Source: a virus
Taxonomy: Duplodnaviria > Caudoviricetes
Length of the DNA stretch: 64,000 nucleotides
Virus record (IMG/VR): IMGVR_UViG_3300021400_000027
Coordinates: 32,001-96,000 of that record
Direction: 5' to 3' (one strand)
How positions within the stretch are numbered: the stretch's first letter is position 1; each line of letters opens with the position of its first letter. Below the pieces are notes generated by a model that searched no databases, was not told where the DNA came from, and saw nothing but the letters and a program-made list of their open reading frames with translations. The translations under genes were made by a program, and so were the position numbers. This document shows, in pieces, positions 44,531 through 56,800 of this stretch.

Positions 44531-45157
44531 TTAAATCTTTTTCATGCGCCGCCACGGCTGAATTGGTTTCCAACCTTTCTTGGATTTTACCCCAAGCCGG
44601 CGCAACAAGTCATATTCGTCCAATGCATCTGCTAATCCCATATGAACTTCATTATATCCTTTATTTCCAGTATAGAACTGATAAACTGTTTCAAAAGTTG
44701 CACTGGGGTAGCCCTTTTCTGTTTTATAATCATTCTATTTACAGAACTCAACATATTCCGGCGTATCCATAATTTCAAAAAACGCCGCTGTCATTATATC
44801 ACACGGAGTTAAAATTTTTTTAAGTTCTTCTTCTGGCATTATCTTGCTGAGTTTTCGCCAATCAAACTTTACATTATAAGCATATAATTCCTTAATATCA
44901 TATTCCTATACCATTTTATAAAAGTCATAGGTAAAATCCTCATCAGTATCATAACAAAGAAATTCATCTTTATTTAAATTAAAGTATGATAAATTTTCAG
45001 GAGCATATCTTGCACTCCTATTTTCTTTTATATGATTTGTCATTATAATATTTTTAGTTTCAATTACATTATCCTAATTACCAATTACAATACCAATGTT
45101 ATAAGGTGCTTGTTCGTAAATGTCCGCTTCAACGTCAACTACCATAAAATTTCTCAT
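44531..45157 (-). CDS. DEDDh 3'-5' exonuclease (208 aa, three TAG=Gln)
   Basis: MRNFMVVDVE (Exo I), AYNVKFD (Exo II), HMGLADA (Exo III); absent from the code-11 track. Confidence 0.78.
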
Positions 45158-45161
45158 ATAA

Positions 45162-45665
45162 TCACTCCATAATATACTTATTCGTAAAAATAACTGCTTT
45201 TTCTTTTAAATCTTCAATTGTATCAATATTATCCACTATAATATCGTAGTTATAATTAAACACATTATCATCTGCATGATTACCATATCTTATCGGTTCG
45301 CCACGTTTTACAAGAATAGTAGTTGCATTAAAATCTTTTACTAATCGTTCAATATCTGAACGTTCTCTTGCATCAATAAAAAGGACTTTAGTCCCAGCTT
45401 CCTGTTCCATTAAGATTCTGGACTTTATAACCTGATAAGGACTATCATTATATTCAGCAAGTAAGTCCTTAAGACGACTTAAGAAAAGTCTATCTCTCAT
45501 ATCTTTACTGCCGTCCCAACCAATTGAAGTAGCTATATCCTTTATCATATCAATCATTGACATTTTTGTAAAACGAATATATCTCATCGTACAAACCTCT
45601 TGAACGAGTCTTTCAAATGTGTCTTTACCTACGCCGCCTTGTCCATTTACAATAAATACTTTCAT
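45162..45665 (-). CDS. P-loop kinase, dNMP-kinase-like
   Basis: IVNGQGGVGKDT, LFIDARE, NHAD; nucleotide-metabolism context. Confidence 0.7.
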   Translation of the reverse strand: MKVFIVNGQGGVGKDTFERLVQEVCTMRYIRFTKMSMIDMIKDIATSIGWDGSKDMRDRLFLSRLKDLLAEYNDSPYQVIKSRILMEQEAGTKVLFIDARERSDIERLVKDFNATTILVKRGEPIRYGNHADDNVFNYNYDIIVDNIDTIEDLKEKAVIFTNKYIME

Positions 45666-45677
45666 TGAAATCTCTCC

Positions 45678-46559
45678 TTACTTATATTTAAGTTTTTCGG
45701 TAGAACTCCATTCTCCAAAGTATATTGGCTAAATATCATGTGACCTTAATATAGCAATCGGCATATCACAATTGTTAATATTGCTTTCATCAGGAATATT
45801 CGCCTTATTCTTTAAATAGAATGAAAATTCGCTATCAAGAATTTGAGGATACTTGTCTGTGTAAAAATAGAAGATTAACCCATCAAAATCTTCTACTGCA
45901 TTCAGGATTATCGTATCTTCTTCAATTTCGCCTGTTAATTTTACAAGTGCAATATTATTCTAATATTCTTTTTTTGAAAAGTCAATTAAACATTTGTCTC
46001 TGTTACAGAAACGGTTAAATTGTTGAATCACTGGATTCTTGTCTAATTGAATTTTATCTTTTGGATAATAACCTAACTAATAGAAAATTTGCACCTATCT
46101 TAACTAATCTGGTGTGAATTTTTTTAAAGGTCTCCATATCGGGCAATCAAATTCTTTAAACTCAATGCCTGTTTTTGCTACTTCATATAGAGGATTAAAA
46201 GGCTATATTATAATAGTATTATTACTTTTAATAAGTTTTTTTAATCTGAAAGAAAAAATTTTTTTCTCTTTTTTTACAATGTCTTTCTTTGTATATTTGA
46301 CTTTTCCATAAAGGACAAGCTAAAATTTAAAAGGACAGACTTGTTGTAAATTTTTTAACATTCGATAACAAATTAAACTAATTAAATCATCTTTATAATC
46401 AAGAACAAAAATTTTATTTGCACTATTTTCAAACTATTTAACAAACTCATTCATTTTCTGATTTACTAAATAATTTGTATAGGCTTCTAATGAGAAGTTT
46501 TTAACAGGATATTCCATATCCATATTAAACATTTGAATCTTCTATTCTGTATCTATCAT
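45678..46559 (-). CDS. Hypothetical protein (293 aa, multiple TAG=Gln)
   Basis: GGAGG RBS, MIDTE*KIQMF; open through TAGs to TAA 45678; first gene after a promoter. Confidence 0.65.
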
Positions 46560-46582
46560 TATTATCAACCTCCTTATATAAT

Positions 46583-46611
46583 ATAATATCATAAAATTAA
46601 TAAATAGTCAA
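46583..46611 (-). promoter_or_regulatory. SigmaA-type promoter (leftward arm)
   Basis: TTGACT-N17-TATTAT with extended TG. Confidence 0.65.
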
Positions 46612-46635
46612 TTAAACTATTTTCTTAAAAAAAGG

Positions 46636-46703
46636 AGTGATTGCGTCAATGGAGCGCGAAGCGCGAAATTGACACAATCACGCGCCCAGCGAAGCTGGAG
46701 CGC
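46636..46703. other. GC-rich double-hairpin element with two GCGAAGC loops (candidate replication origin)
   Basis: GTGATTG-CGTCAAT..GCGAAGC..ATTGAC-A-CAATCAC followed by GCGC-CCAGCGAAGCTGG-A-GCGC, between divergent promoters. Confidence 0.5.
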
Positions 46704-46747
46704 AACCTACAAGGCTTAAATCCTTATTTAAAGTAAAACTGGCTAAA

Positions 46748-46776
46748 TTGACTTTATAATAAAAATATGTTAAAAT
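46748..46776 (+). promoter_or_regulatory. SigmaA-type promoter (rightward arm)
   Basis: TTGACT-N17-TAAAAT with extended TG. Confidence 0.65.
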
Positions 46777-46803
46777 AATAGAGAAATAAGGGAGATGATT
46801 AAG

Positions 46804-47052
46804 ATGAATATAACATATAAGTTATAGAGAGATATTGTATCAAGAAGAGCTACAATGCTTGCTTGGAATTTAAAGTCTCTCCACTCTGCTGTACGCATAG
46901 TCCATAATGAAAATGTTATAAATGGAAAATCTCTTATTGGGATTCTTAATACGTATATGCGTGCCGGCGAAACAATTACTGTTGTAGTTGATGAATTAGA
47001 GGACGTTGATAATGTAAAGGAAATTTTTAATGAATTTGCGGTTCTGGTTTAA
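46804..47052 (+). CDS. HPr/Crh-like phosphocarrier-fold protein (82 aa, TAG=Gln at codon 8)
   Basis: GGGAG RBS; INGKSLIGIL (Ser46 motif) and AGETITVVV; the His15 motif is replaced by IVSRRA. Confidence 0.7.
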
Positions 47053-47271
47053 ATGAACGAGAACAACAATTTTCTCAATTTAATTAATATTGCTGACTTT
47101 GTACTTGGAATAATGAACTTATAGGAAAATCTAACACAAAGTGATAAGCAAGAAATTGTTGATAAATTAGGAAAGGAATCTGATGTAATTCTAAATAAAA
47201 TCCATGAACATTTGGAATAGTAGGATAAGAAAATAGATAGGATTTTAGAAATTTTAGAGAAAAAATTGTAA
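47053..47271 (+). CDS. Hypothetical protein (72 aa, TAG=Gln)
   Basis: MNENNNFLNLINIADFVLGIMNL*ENLTQSDKQ..IHEHLE**DKK; ends TAA. Confidence 0.65.
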
Positions 47272-47332
47272 TTCGTTTCTGGCTCAAATAACTAACCCAT
47301 CAAGTTATTTTACGAAGTACAATTTACCATAA

Positions 47333-47361
47333 TGGGATAGGGTTTAGCTCTATCCCTTTCT
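47333..47361 (+). terminator. Stem-loop, putative terminator
   Basis: GGGATAGGG-TTTAG-CTCTATCCC followed by TTTC. Confidence 0.55.
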
Positions 47362-47381
47362 TACTAAGGAGGAGATATAAG

Positions 47382-48392
47382 ATGAATAGAGATTGTGGTT
47401 GTAAACATCATGCAAGAAACATTATGATTGACGACCTTGGTGATAATTTTAATTGGACTGATAGAGAAAAGAATGTATAGAATGCGTTGGAATTGCTCGC
47501 CGGCGCAAGAGACCTTGAATAGTTATCAAAATTAATTAATTCTTTAACAAATAATTTAACTGCTTTAATTAATTTAGAAAATTAGATTAAAGCATTGCAA
47601 GATAAACTTGATGACGTTATCAGTTCTTATAACTTATATGGAACAGTAGATACAGACGGTATATATATAAATCCATATTATAATGGAGATGAAGATGAGC
47701 CTTATTACTATAGAACAATTTTTTGGGATGATGAAAATTAGAAACTTCTATTCCCAGATTTAAATGGCGATGGTGTGGTTGATTTTGCAGACTATAATAT
47801 TGCTTTTTATTTAAAATACTATATAAATGAGGCTTATGAGAAGGGAACTGAAGAAACTCTAAGGAATTATTTGACTCAATCAAAAGAAGAAAGAGAGAGT
47901 GTCGACTTAGCAAATATTAAAGATTTAACACCAGAATTTAGTTAGCTCATTATTTCTTTATTAAATAAAGAACGTAACTTAACTGATTATGACCTTCAAA
48001 TTATTAGTGACTATATTAAAGATGCTACAACTGGTAAGTTAATTTATACTGATGATAAAGATATTGCAAGTGTAGTTGAAATGAGTGAGGACGGGTTTAA
48101 TGATTATGTTAATTTTAAAAATCCTTTACTTTTCTTGCAGTGGCCTGATATAAATGGAGATGGAAGTGTAAATGCTCAGGATGCATCCGCAGTTTTAGTT
48201 ATTTCTGCGAATATAGGTGCAGGAAATAGTAGTGCAATTCCAGCAAATCGACAGAAATGGGTAAAGGATTATGTTAATGCAGGATTCGCCTCAAAGATAT
48301 TAGTTTTTGTGGCAGATAGCGGAGCAGGAAATGTAACAAATAATGAAAAAGGATGGGCAGAATTTTTAATACAGAAAGGAGATAATACTTAA
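47382..48392 (+). CDS. Coiled-coil protein with dockerin-like Ca-binding repeats (336 aa, TAG=Gln)
   Basis: AGGAGG RBS; PDLNGDGVVDFADY (~47754) and PDINGDGSVNAQDASAVL..VNAGFASKIL (~48144-48305); TAATG overlap with the endolysin gene. Confidence 0.72.
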
Positions 48393-49510
48393 TGCCATTA
48401 CTACCAGATTCAACTTATAAGATAGATGGATTAATAGTTAAAGAATACTTCTTAACTAAACATAATCAAAATAAAATTTCTATGCCGTCCTATGCTATGC
48501 CGGCGAAACCCGTAGGAGTTACAATTCATAATACAGATTAGATTACTGTTGCAAGTAATACAACTCCTGCAGAGCAATATACAAGAGCGACAGTTAATGG
48601 GCATATGAAAGACGTTCGAGTTCATTTCTATGTAGATGAAGAGTGCGCATGGTAGAATTTACCTTTAACTTTAAGTGGCTGGCATGCTGCTGATGGTAAT
48701 GGAGATGGAAACAGAAAAACTATTGCAATTGAAATAATTGGTAGTAGTAAGAAAGCAGAAGAAAATGGAATTAAACTTGCAGCTTGGTTACTTAACAAAT
48801 ATGAGCTTAATATTGACCACCTCTATACTCACACTTATTGGCTTAATATTAGAGATAGAAAGAAAGGAACTATTGATTCTCTTAACGTACTATATAATAA
48901 AAGTAAAATGTGTCCTGCTTATATTTTGCCTCATTGGCAAGAATTTAAAGATAAAGTAAAAGAAAAACTTAATATAAAAGACAGTTCTCCTACTGTTGCG
49001 CCGGCAGCCAAAACTTTAAAGGAAGCTCCTAAAGTCGAGAAGGAAATTGAAGTTGACCCAACCTATGAAAAATTAGGTGTTGCGGCGCAAAGTGAAGTAG
49101 ATGTGTTCTATTAGGTTTATACTAAAAGGAAATGGCTTCCAATTGTTAAAAATTTAGAGGACTATGCTGGCTTAAAGAATAATTCCTTTACTTGTTTAGC
49201 TGCCTATTCTTCACAAGGTAAATTAATCTATCGAGTGCATTAGCTTGGCTCATATTGGATGAAATGGGTTAATAAATATGACTTAAAACATATTGATGGT
49301 TATGCCGGAATTGGAGGAGTTAAAATAGATGCAGTTCAAATTAAACTTGAAGACTTACCGGGTTATACTGTAAGATATAGAGTAGCGGCGGTAGGACAAG
49401 ATTACTATCCTTGGGTAGTGGGAGCGAATGACAATACTTTTGCTGGTTTGCAAGGTAAACAAATTGATAGAATTCAAATTGAAATTGTAAAGATAAGAGG
49501 AAACAACTAA
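48392..49510 (+). CDS. Endolysin: Amidase_2 N-acetylmuramoyl-L-alanine amidase with C-terminal cell-wall-binding repeats (372 aa, four TAG=Gln)
   Basis: VTIHNT, VHFYVD..AW*NLP..GWHAADGNGDGNRKTIAIE, THTYW and KMCPAYI motifs; C-terminal Trp-containing YAG repeats. Confidence 0.88.
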
Positions 49511-49569
49511 AGAGTTTCCTCTTTAATTCTACTTTGAGGTTAGAAATCTGAGAAAAAGGAGGGATTTGA

Positions 49570-49881
49570 ATGTTGACTAGTTTAACAGCAGGCACTACGC
49601 TTGGAGTGCTAGGAGCATTATCGGCACTAACAAATATAATTGTAGAACTGGTTAAAGGCTATTTACCTAAAGTTCCAACTAAAATTGTTACTTTAATTGT
49701 GGCAATCACAGTTTGTTTGGTCTATGCAATCATGGAAATGGGATTCGTTGCGCCGGCACTGGTATTTGGAATTTTTGGTGGATTTGTCGTTGCTTATATA
49801 GCAATGAATGGATTTGATACGTTAAGAGATATTACTAACAGATTTAAATTAGAAGATAAAGGAGGTGGAAAGAATGAATGA
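49570..49881 (+). CDS. Holin (multi-TM)
   Basis: Three hydrophobic segments and a charged C-tail; directly after the endolysin. Confidence 0.75.
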   Translation: MLTSLTAGTTLGVLGALSALTNIIVELVKGYLPKVPTKIVTLIVAITVCLVYAIMEMGFVAPALVFGIFGGFVVAYIAMNGFDTLRDITNRFKLEDKGGGKNE

Positions 49882-52800
49882 GTATAATAGTGTAGAGGAA
49901 TTATTAAATGATTTACTTGATGGTGAAGTTGATGGAGTTTTAGACGCTTCTGCGAATAATAGTGAGAAAATAACTAAGAGTAATTTTAATTAGGCTTCAT
50001 TAAAAAATTACTTCTTACATCAGCCAGATTTTTGGTGGGAGTTTGCAAAATACATGAAATAGCATAATGGTACTTTGCAATCTAATTTAAAAGATGTTGG
50101 CGGCACAGGTGATGAAGAGCAATTTTCAGTTGGTAAATATATAGATTCTAAAATTGATTTTTATAATTTATTTGATAATATTTACAACAATTACATTAAA
50201 TAGAATAAGGATTCTATTGATTTGACTTCTGAAACTGGTTTAAGTCCGGAAATTAAAGACTATTTTTGGAACGAATCTATGAATAAATTATTAGCATATT
50301 TCTATGCTAAAATTGACCCAGAAGGAGCAGAAAGTTTAGAAAAAACAAATACAGATGAAGTTCTTCCAGATACAAATAATGTTTTTGAAGATGGAGCAAT
50401 TCCAACTGATGGAACTATTAAAAATTTCTATATGAAAGATGTTAGAAGAGCTGACGCTGGTTTTACATTCAATGCCGGCGGACCGTGGGTTAAGCCTCAA
50501 TATAATATTGATGGAGAAACTTACAAATATGTTCGTGGAATTGATAAAATTATTAGTGTTCTTGCTAATGATGCGGAACTCCAATTTACAAGAAGTGCAA
50601 ATAAAGAAAATGAAAACTATCCAAAATATCTTAGACTATTAATGCCTAAATATTTAAGATATGTTGAAGTAGAAGACCTTAATAGAAATTTCTGGGTAAT
50701 CGGTCAAACAATCTCTGCAATTTCTGCTTATTTATTTTCAGATGATTCTCCTTTAAAAAATGGATTAAAAGGAGCATTAGATGAAATTGCTCAGTTATGG
50801 GAAAATGTTTTCTTTCTTTGGCTAACGGCTGCGGCAACGTCTTAGAAACCAAAATATACTGATTTACATGTAGAAACAGTTTATTTACCAAATTCTGAAC
50901 ATCAGAACTATTTAAAATTTGATGATTTTGATAAGAATAATTTAATAGAATTTGATGAGAATAATCCTCGTTTTGCTATTGGTGCGAATTGGGCAGAAAT
51001 TAAAAAGAGAATTGCTTACATTAAAGATTCATATCCAAAATGTAATATTTGTATAATTCCGGAAATTAGAGCTTTTAATTATAAACACAATTACTATTCT
51101 TTATCTTACTTTCCCGGTCTTTACCTATATGATAGAAATAAAGATGAAGAATATATTGTTAATTTTAAATCTACTGGAAGCGAAAGTGATGGAATAATTT
51201 TTGATATATACAATTATGTAGATTTCTTGTGGGCAATTAGTGAAAATGATTATGAAAATACTTATGAATATTATTTTCCACTTTCAAATATGGCTGTTCG
51301 CACAGAAGAGAAAGACAAAATTTTTTATTGTCTTGGATAGGTAACTTCTGAAATTAATATCGAATATAATGCGGAACAGCAGGCATTTGTGCTTAAAAAA
51401 CTCAGCATTGAACTCATAGACCGTGCTTCTGAATTAATTAATAAAAGAATTAATGCTCCTATATTAATATGTAGACCTACAGAAGCACTTGGAAATGATG
51501 GTATTATTATTAATCCTGATAATTATTTGCTAATGTATAAGGCTTATCCTTATCGTTTATCTCCTTCATTAGTTCCAAAATCTTCTTCTACTATAGAATC
51601 GACTCCAATAGAAGCTGGATATTATCAAGGTGAATTATTAAGCTATTGGAAAGAAGTCACTGTAACTCCTTATAATTTTCAAACTAAAGATATAGGCTTG
51701 TTACCAGCATTTTATTTTTATAAAGTAGAGTAGAGTACGTTAAAATATTTATCTGATGCAGAAAGAAATGTAGATATATATAATAATTATGTTAAGAATT
51801 TTTATGATGCTCTTCCTAGTAACATGCAAAATAATGATAAAATAAAAATGCTTAATAATCAATTTTTATACGCCGGCGGCGCAATTGAAATTTTGGAAGC
51901 TATTGAGCAAGAAATTAAATAGCGTAATTCAGATAAAAACGTTTATATTTTTAAAACGTTCGATTCAAATAATAATTTAAGTTTTTATAGTTGGTCTACA
52001 GCATATGCCTCAATTATTGATAAAATTGTCGATTAGGAAGATATTACCGTTTCTGTATCTTTAAATAATACTCAAATTATTGAAGATAAAGAAGGAGAAT
52101 TCTTTAACGGATTATTTGAATCAATTGGAGAATAGTTAAAAAATAATCAGTTATCAGTTGATGATTTAATTTCATTTGATATAGAGGGCAAAACTGTTGA
52201 AGTCAAAGTTACGGAAGATATGCTTTATGATTTGGCAGATTATTTTGAAAAATGGAATAAAATAAATCAAGTTGTATTAACACTTCTTGGACAAAAGATA
52301 AGAGGAGAAAAAGATACAGTAAATTTAGTAAATCCTTCACAATATATTGAAGGACTATTAAATATGAATTATTATAATGCAAACACAGGTAATAGCTATA
52401 TTCCTTACTATAATTATAATGATGCGATAAGTGTTAATGTTTCTCCAAATACTCAACCATTTAATCCTCATCCATTTATTGTAAATCCAATAGCAGATAA
52501 TGAAAATAATTATTATATTGTTGATGCTTAGTCTAATAGTAGAACAGCGTCAATTAATAGATATGATTTGGATTTAGTCGAAAGAGCAGTAGATTACTGG
52601 GGTAGATATTATGATTCTTTAGGAGATTATAGAACAATTATAATTTCTATGGGTGGTAGACCAGCAGCAGTAGGAAGCAATCTACCTTTCGGTCCAGATA
52701 ATGCAGTTTTTGAAATTTATAATGATATGACCGTAGGCTTAGATAAAAATGAGACACCTTTATCTATTTAGTTGCCGGCATATACAACCATTACTTCAAT

Positions 52801-53848
52801 GGAAAGAGCTGTTGCAGTAAGAGTTCCATATATGGATAATGGAGTACTAAAAAATAAAATAATTAGCTATAAAAATTATCATTCTGCTTATGGCTTTGAA
52901 GATTTTCATAAAAAGTTAATTAATGACTTAAATAATAGCACTTCTCAAAATTATCAATATCGTGGAAATGGAAGCATGTCTTTATTAGGAATTATAAATG
53001 GTTCTGTTGCTGATGGATATTTAGATGGAGACACATATACAACTTCCGTTTCTGGAAATGGCGATAAACAATATTTATTAATGACTGTTGATGGGGACCC
53101 TCTTGGTGAAGATAATTGGTTAATAGTTAAGGTTTCTTTCCCATATGGTGCCGCCGCACCTGATATATTCTATACAAGTAAAATGGTTGGAACACAAGTT
53201 GAAAATACTGACATTGAGTTCAATATTTTCCCATATTGTATGGGATGGAGTGGTGTAGATATTGAGCATACGTATTCTGAAATGAATGAGAATACTATTA
53301 ACAATGCTTATAATGATTACGTTAGAGATAGATTGAGACGACAATTAAGATATAGAAACTCTTTAGTTAATGCTGGAGGAAAATGGTATACTTAGAATAC
53401 TCGTGGTGTAGATGTATTTCTTAATGCTGATATAGTTAATTAGTTAAGAGTAGATATATTTGCGCCGGACGGCAGTTTCTCTACTACAAAATATATTAGA
53501 AATTACACTGGAATGACTATAAATGGAATTCCGAATGTAAAATGGTGTAAGAATACTGAACAGGCTGTAATAAATGATGTAAATAATATTTATTTCCCTT
53601 ATTCCTATAAGTATAATGCATCTACTGGTGTAATTACTCCGGGCGCAGAAATTTCAAGAGAAGGATATTAGGTCATTTATAATTCTAATTCTGGAAAAGA
53701 TTATGAACGTTATAAATCTAATGGACGTTATATTCCTTGTACTGCCGATGACCCTTATACTCCAGATGCTATATTAAATGAATACAATTTGTAGCCAGAT
53801 GATAATGATGACAACTGGCCTATTGTTTGGGCAGAAGGTGTTGAATAA
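49874..53848 (+). CDS. Large putative virion protein, paralog A (~1324 aa, TAG=Gln)
   Basis: GGAGG RBS; fragments 50222/51389/52220/52568/52772 in the same frame; TAATG overlap with paralog B; shares VEVEDLNRNFWVI..QLWENVFxLWL with paralog B. Confidence 0.75.
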
Positions 53849-56800
53849 TGCAAGATAAAAAGATTAAAGAATTATTTGAAGAAATTTCTAAATTGAAAGA
53901 TGGTAAAAATTCAGTTGAAGAAATATTGAAAGAAATGCAAAATGTCGACATTATAAATAATTTGGAATATATTAAAAATGAAATCATAGAGCCGGAAGAG
54001 GATAGTCCTCTTTCGGCAATTGGTTAGAAAATTTATGATTTAGTAAATAGTGATATAGATTTAGATGATTTAGTTTCATATTTTAATAATCATTAGAACT
54101 TAGACTATTGGAACGAATCAATAAATACTCTTTACAATAATTATAAAAAATATTTAAAAGATAAAGAGTAGAATGTGATTCCTGTTTCTAATGGTCGAGT
54201 TGTTGAATGGAAAGAAATTGGAATGGCGGATGCTGCAAACAGTTTTGAAGCTGAATAGAAATGGGTTATTCCTTGGTTTTCAATTTTTGATAGAAGAATA
54301 GAGAATGAGGCTAATTTAGAAGAATTAACTCCAAAGTAGTTTAAAGACTATTTAAAATCCTATAGTGATATAAGAGATATAGATAAGTTTATGAAAGCTA
54401 TCATGTCTAAAAATAATTTACAATTTACTCATGAGAAATAGAATGAAGAATTGTGGTATTGGATAAGATTAATTATGCCAAAAAACACAAGACGAGTAGA
54501 AGTTGAAGATTTAAATAGGAATTTTTGGGTAATTGCCTAGACACTTAGTGGAATTATGGCATACCTTTGGGATACAAAATCTCCTATTACCAATCTATTA
54601 AAAGGAATTTATGATGAATTATTACAATTATGGGAAAACGTATTTTATTTATGGCTTTACTATATATATACTATGGCGGCGAAGGTTAATGGGATTCACA
54701 TTGAATTTTTATACTTATCTGAATCCCCTCATGAAAGAAGTGCTGAATTAAGATTTGATAACTTTTCAAAAATTGAAACAATTGATTATATGAATAAAGA
54801 CTATTGTATAAGAATTAGCTCTTATTTAAAAGAGTTAATAAAAAAATATCCAGACAAACATTTGTGTATAATTCCTTGTATAAGAGAAGAGAATTATGAG
54901 AAAAATTATTTTTCATCTTGTTCAATTCCTATGGTATATTTTTATGATAGAGTTAAAGGAGAATCTTCTATTAAAATGCTTGCAAAAAAAGTTGGAAATA
55001 CTGTAAAGCCATTTAAAGTAGGCATATATGGAGCTTATAAAAATGATGTGGATTATTCCTCTTATTTATATGGATGGTGCGATAATGGTAAAAAGGAATT
55101 AATTTCTTATCCATTTAATCATATAAGTGCTTTTTCAGAAAGTGTTTAGAAGAAGTACTATTGTGCTTTAAGAATTTTACCTGAAATTGATTTAGATTAT
55201 ATTAATGGAGAGTTTATAATTAATTCTTTATCCTTTACTTTAATTGATGCCGTTTAGTCAATGCTTAAAAATAGAGATATGCCAATAGCTAAATGGGAAG
55301 GCACTGGTAATACTACAATATTATTAGAAGAAACCAAATTAAGTAATGAAATAACAAGAGATAGAAAACCTTATGCCGCAAGAGCATTAAGAAGAAGATT
55401 TTATTTAGGTGAAGTTTTGAGTGCAAAGAAGTGGAGTAAACTTAAAACTGAATATCTATTTGACGGAATAGAATAGATAGGTGCAGAAGAAGGAATCTTA
55501 ATAAAAATAGGAAACTATTTGCCGAATTCAACAAGAATTAATAATAGTGACTTTTATAAGGGGGGTAAAGTAGAAGGTCTTGATTTTGCTCCATAGGTTA
55601 CAGCATCAAATTCAAGAACTAATTATTTGTTTAATTTTGTGAGAACGGCATTAAGAACTGGTTCAACACCAAGCGTTAAAGATAGTAATGGAAACTCTTA
55701 TTCATCAAGTGATGTTTCAAAATCTTTAATTAAAGATTGTAATTTCTATATTCCTTGTCAGATGAGTGAGTTATAGAATTATGACCATATAAATATATCT
55801 GGCGAAGTACCAATTTCCAATGCTGAATATTATTGGAATGTAGTTGACGAAGAAATTAATTCAGAAGAATGGAATAGCTTTACTTCTAGCTTTATTCCTT
55901 ATATAACGAATAAAAAAGAATTGCGAGGATATTTGCCGGCAACATCTATCAGTTTGAGAGGATTAAGATTATTAGGCTTTTATATAATTATGAACTATTT
56001 ATTATCTGATTTTAAAAACAATAATTCCAAATTAGATAGTAAAAATATACAAATCTTTTTAAGTGCTTTTGGCGGAAATCCATGGGTTGGCGGCACAATG
56101 AAATATTTGTAGAATCAAAGTAAAAAAATAACCTAGTTCTATTTTAAAGAAAATATGTTATTAGATAATTTTGTATACGTTCCAAAAAGTTATATAACTA
56201 ATGAAGATTTTATTAAATTAAATAATGGATTAGATATATACAAAGATTCTTTAAATTCAGAGCAAATTGCTTCAATTTAGGGTATTAAAGTTGGAGAATA
56301 TGGATATTTACTATATAGAGGTTACATAGGAAAATCTGAAATAAATTTTGGTAGAGACAGTAGCGAAAATTTACAAACTAAATTTAACGAAAATTTAAAA
56401 GATAATCTTTATTTAGATATTTATAATAAGGATAGATGGAGATTACCTCAAATTAATAATATTCCTGTCTTTTCCTCTATTATAAAAGTAAAAGAAGTTG
56501 GCATATAGGATACGAATTCTTTTTATTTAATTTATGATAAAACATTACAAACTTTATATGAAACAGACCCAGAGTCTTTTTCTGACTATATAGATACAGA
56601 AATTAATAAAGAAGACTCTCAATTAATCCCTTTAACTAAAGAAGAAGCACTTAAAAAATTAGGAACTATGTTAATTAAAGACTATAAAGCGAAATGGACT
56701 GTATTTGATGGGTATACTAATTATGCTGATGGTACAGCGGCGAAAAATAATATTTTATCACAAAATTTAATTACAACTGGATTGGGAAGTACTTATGATG

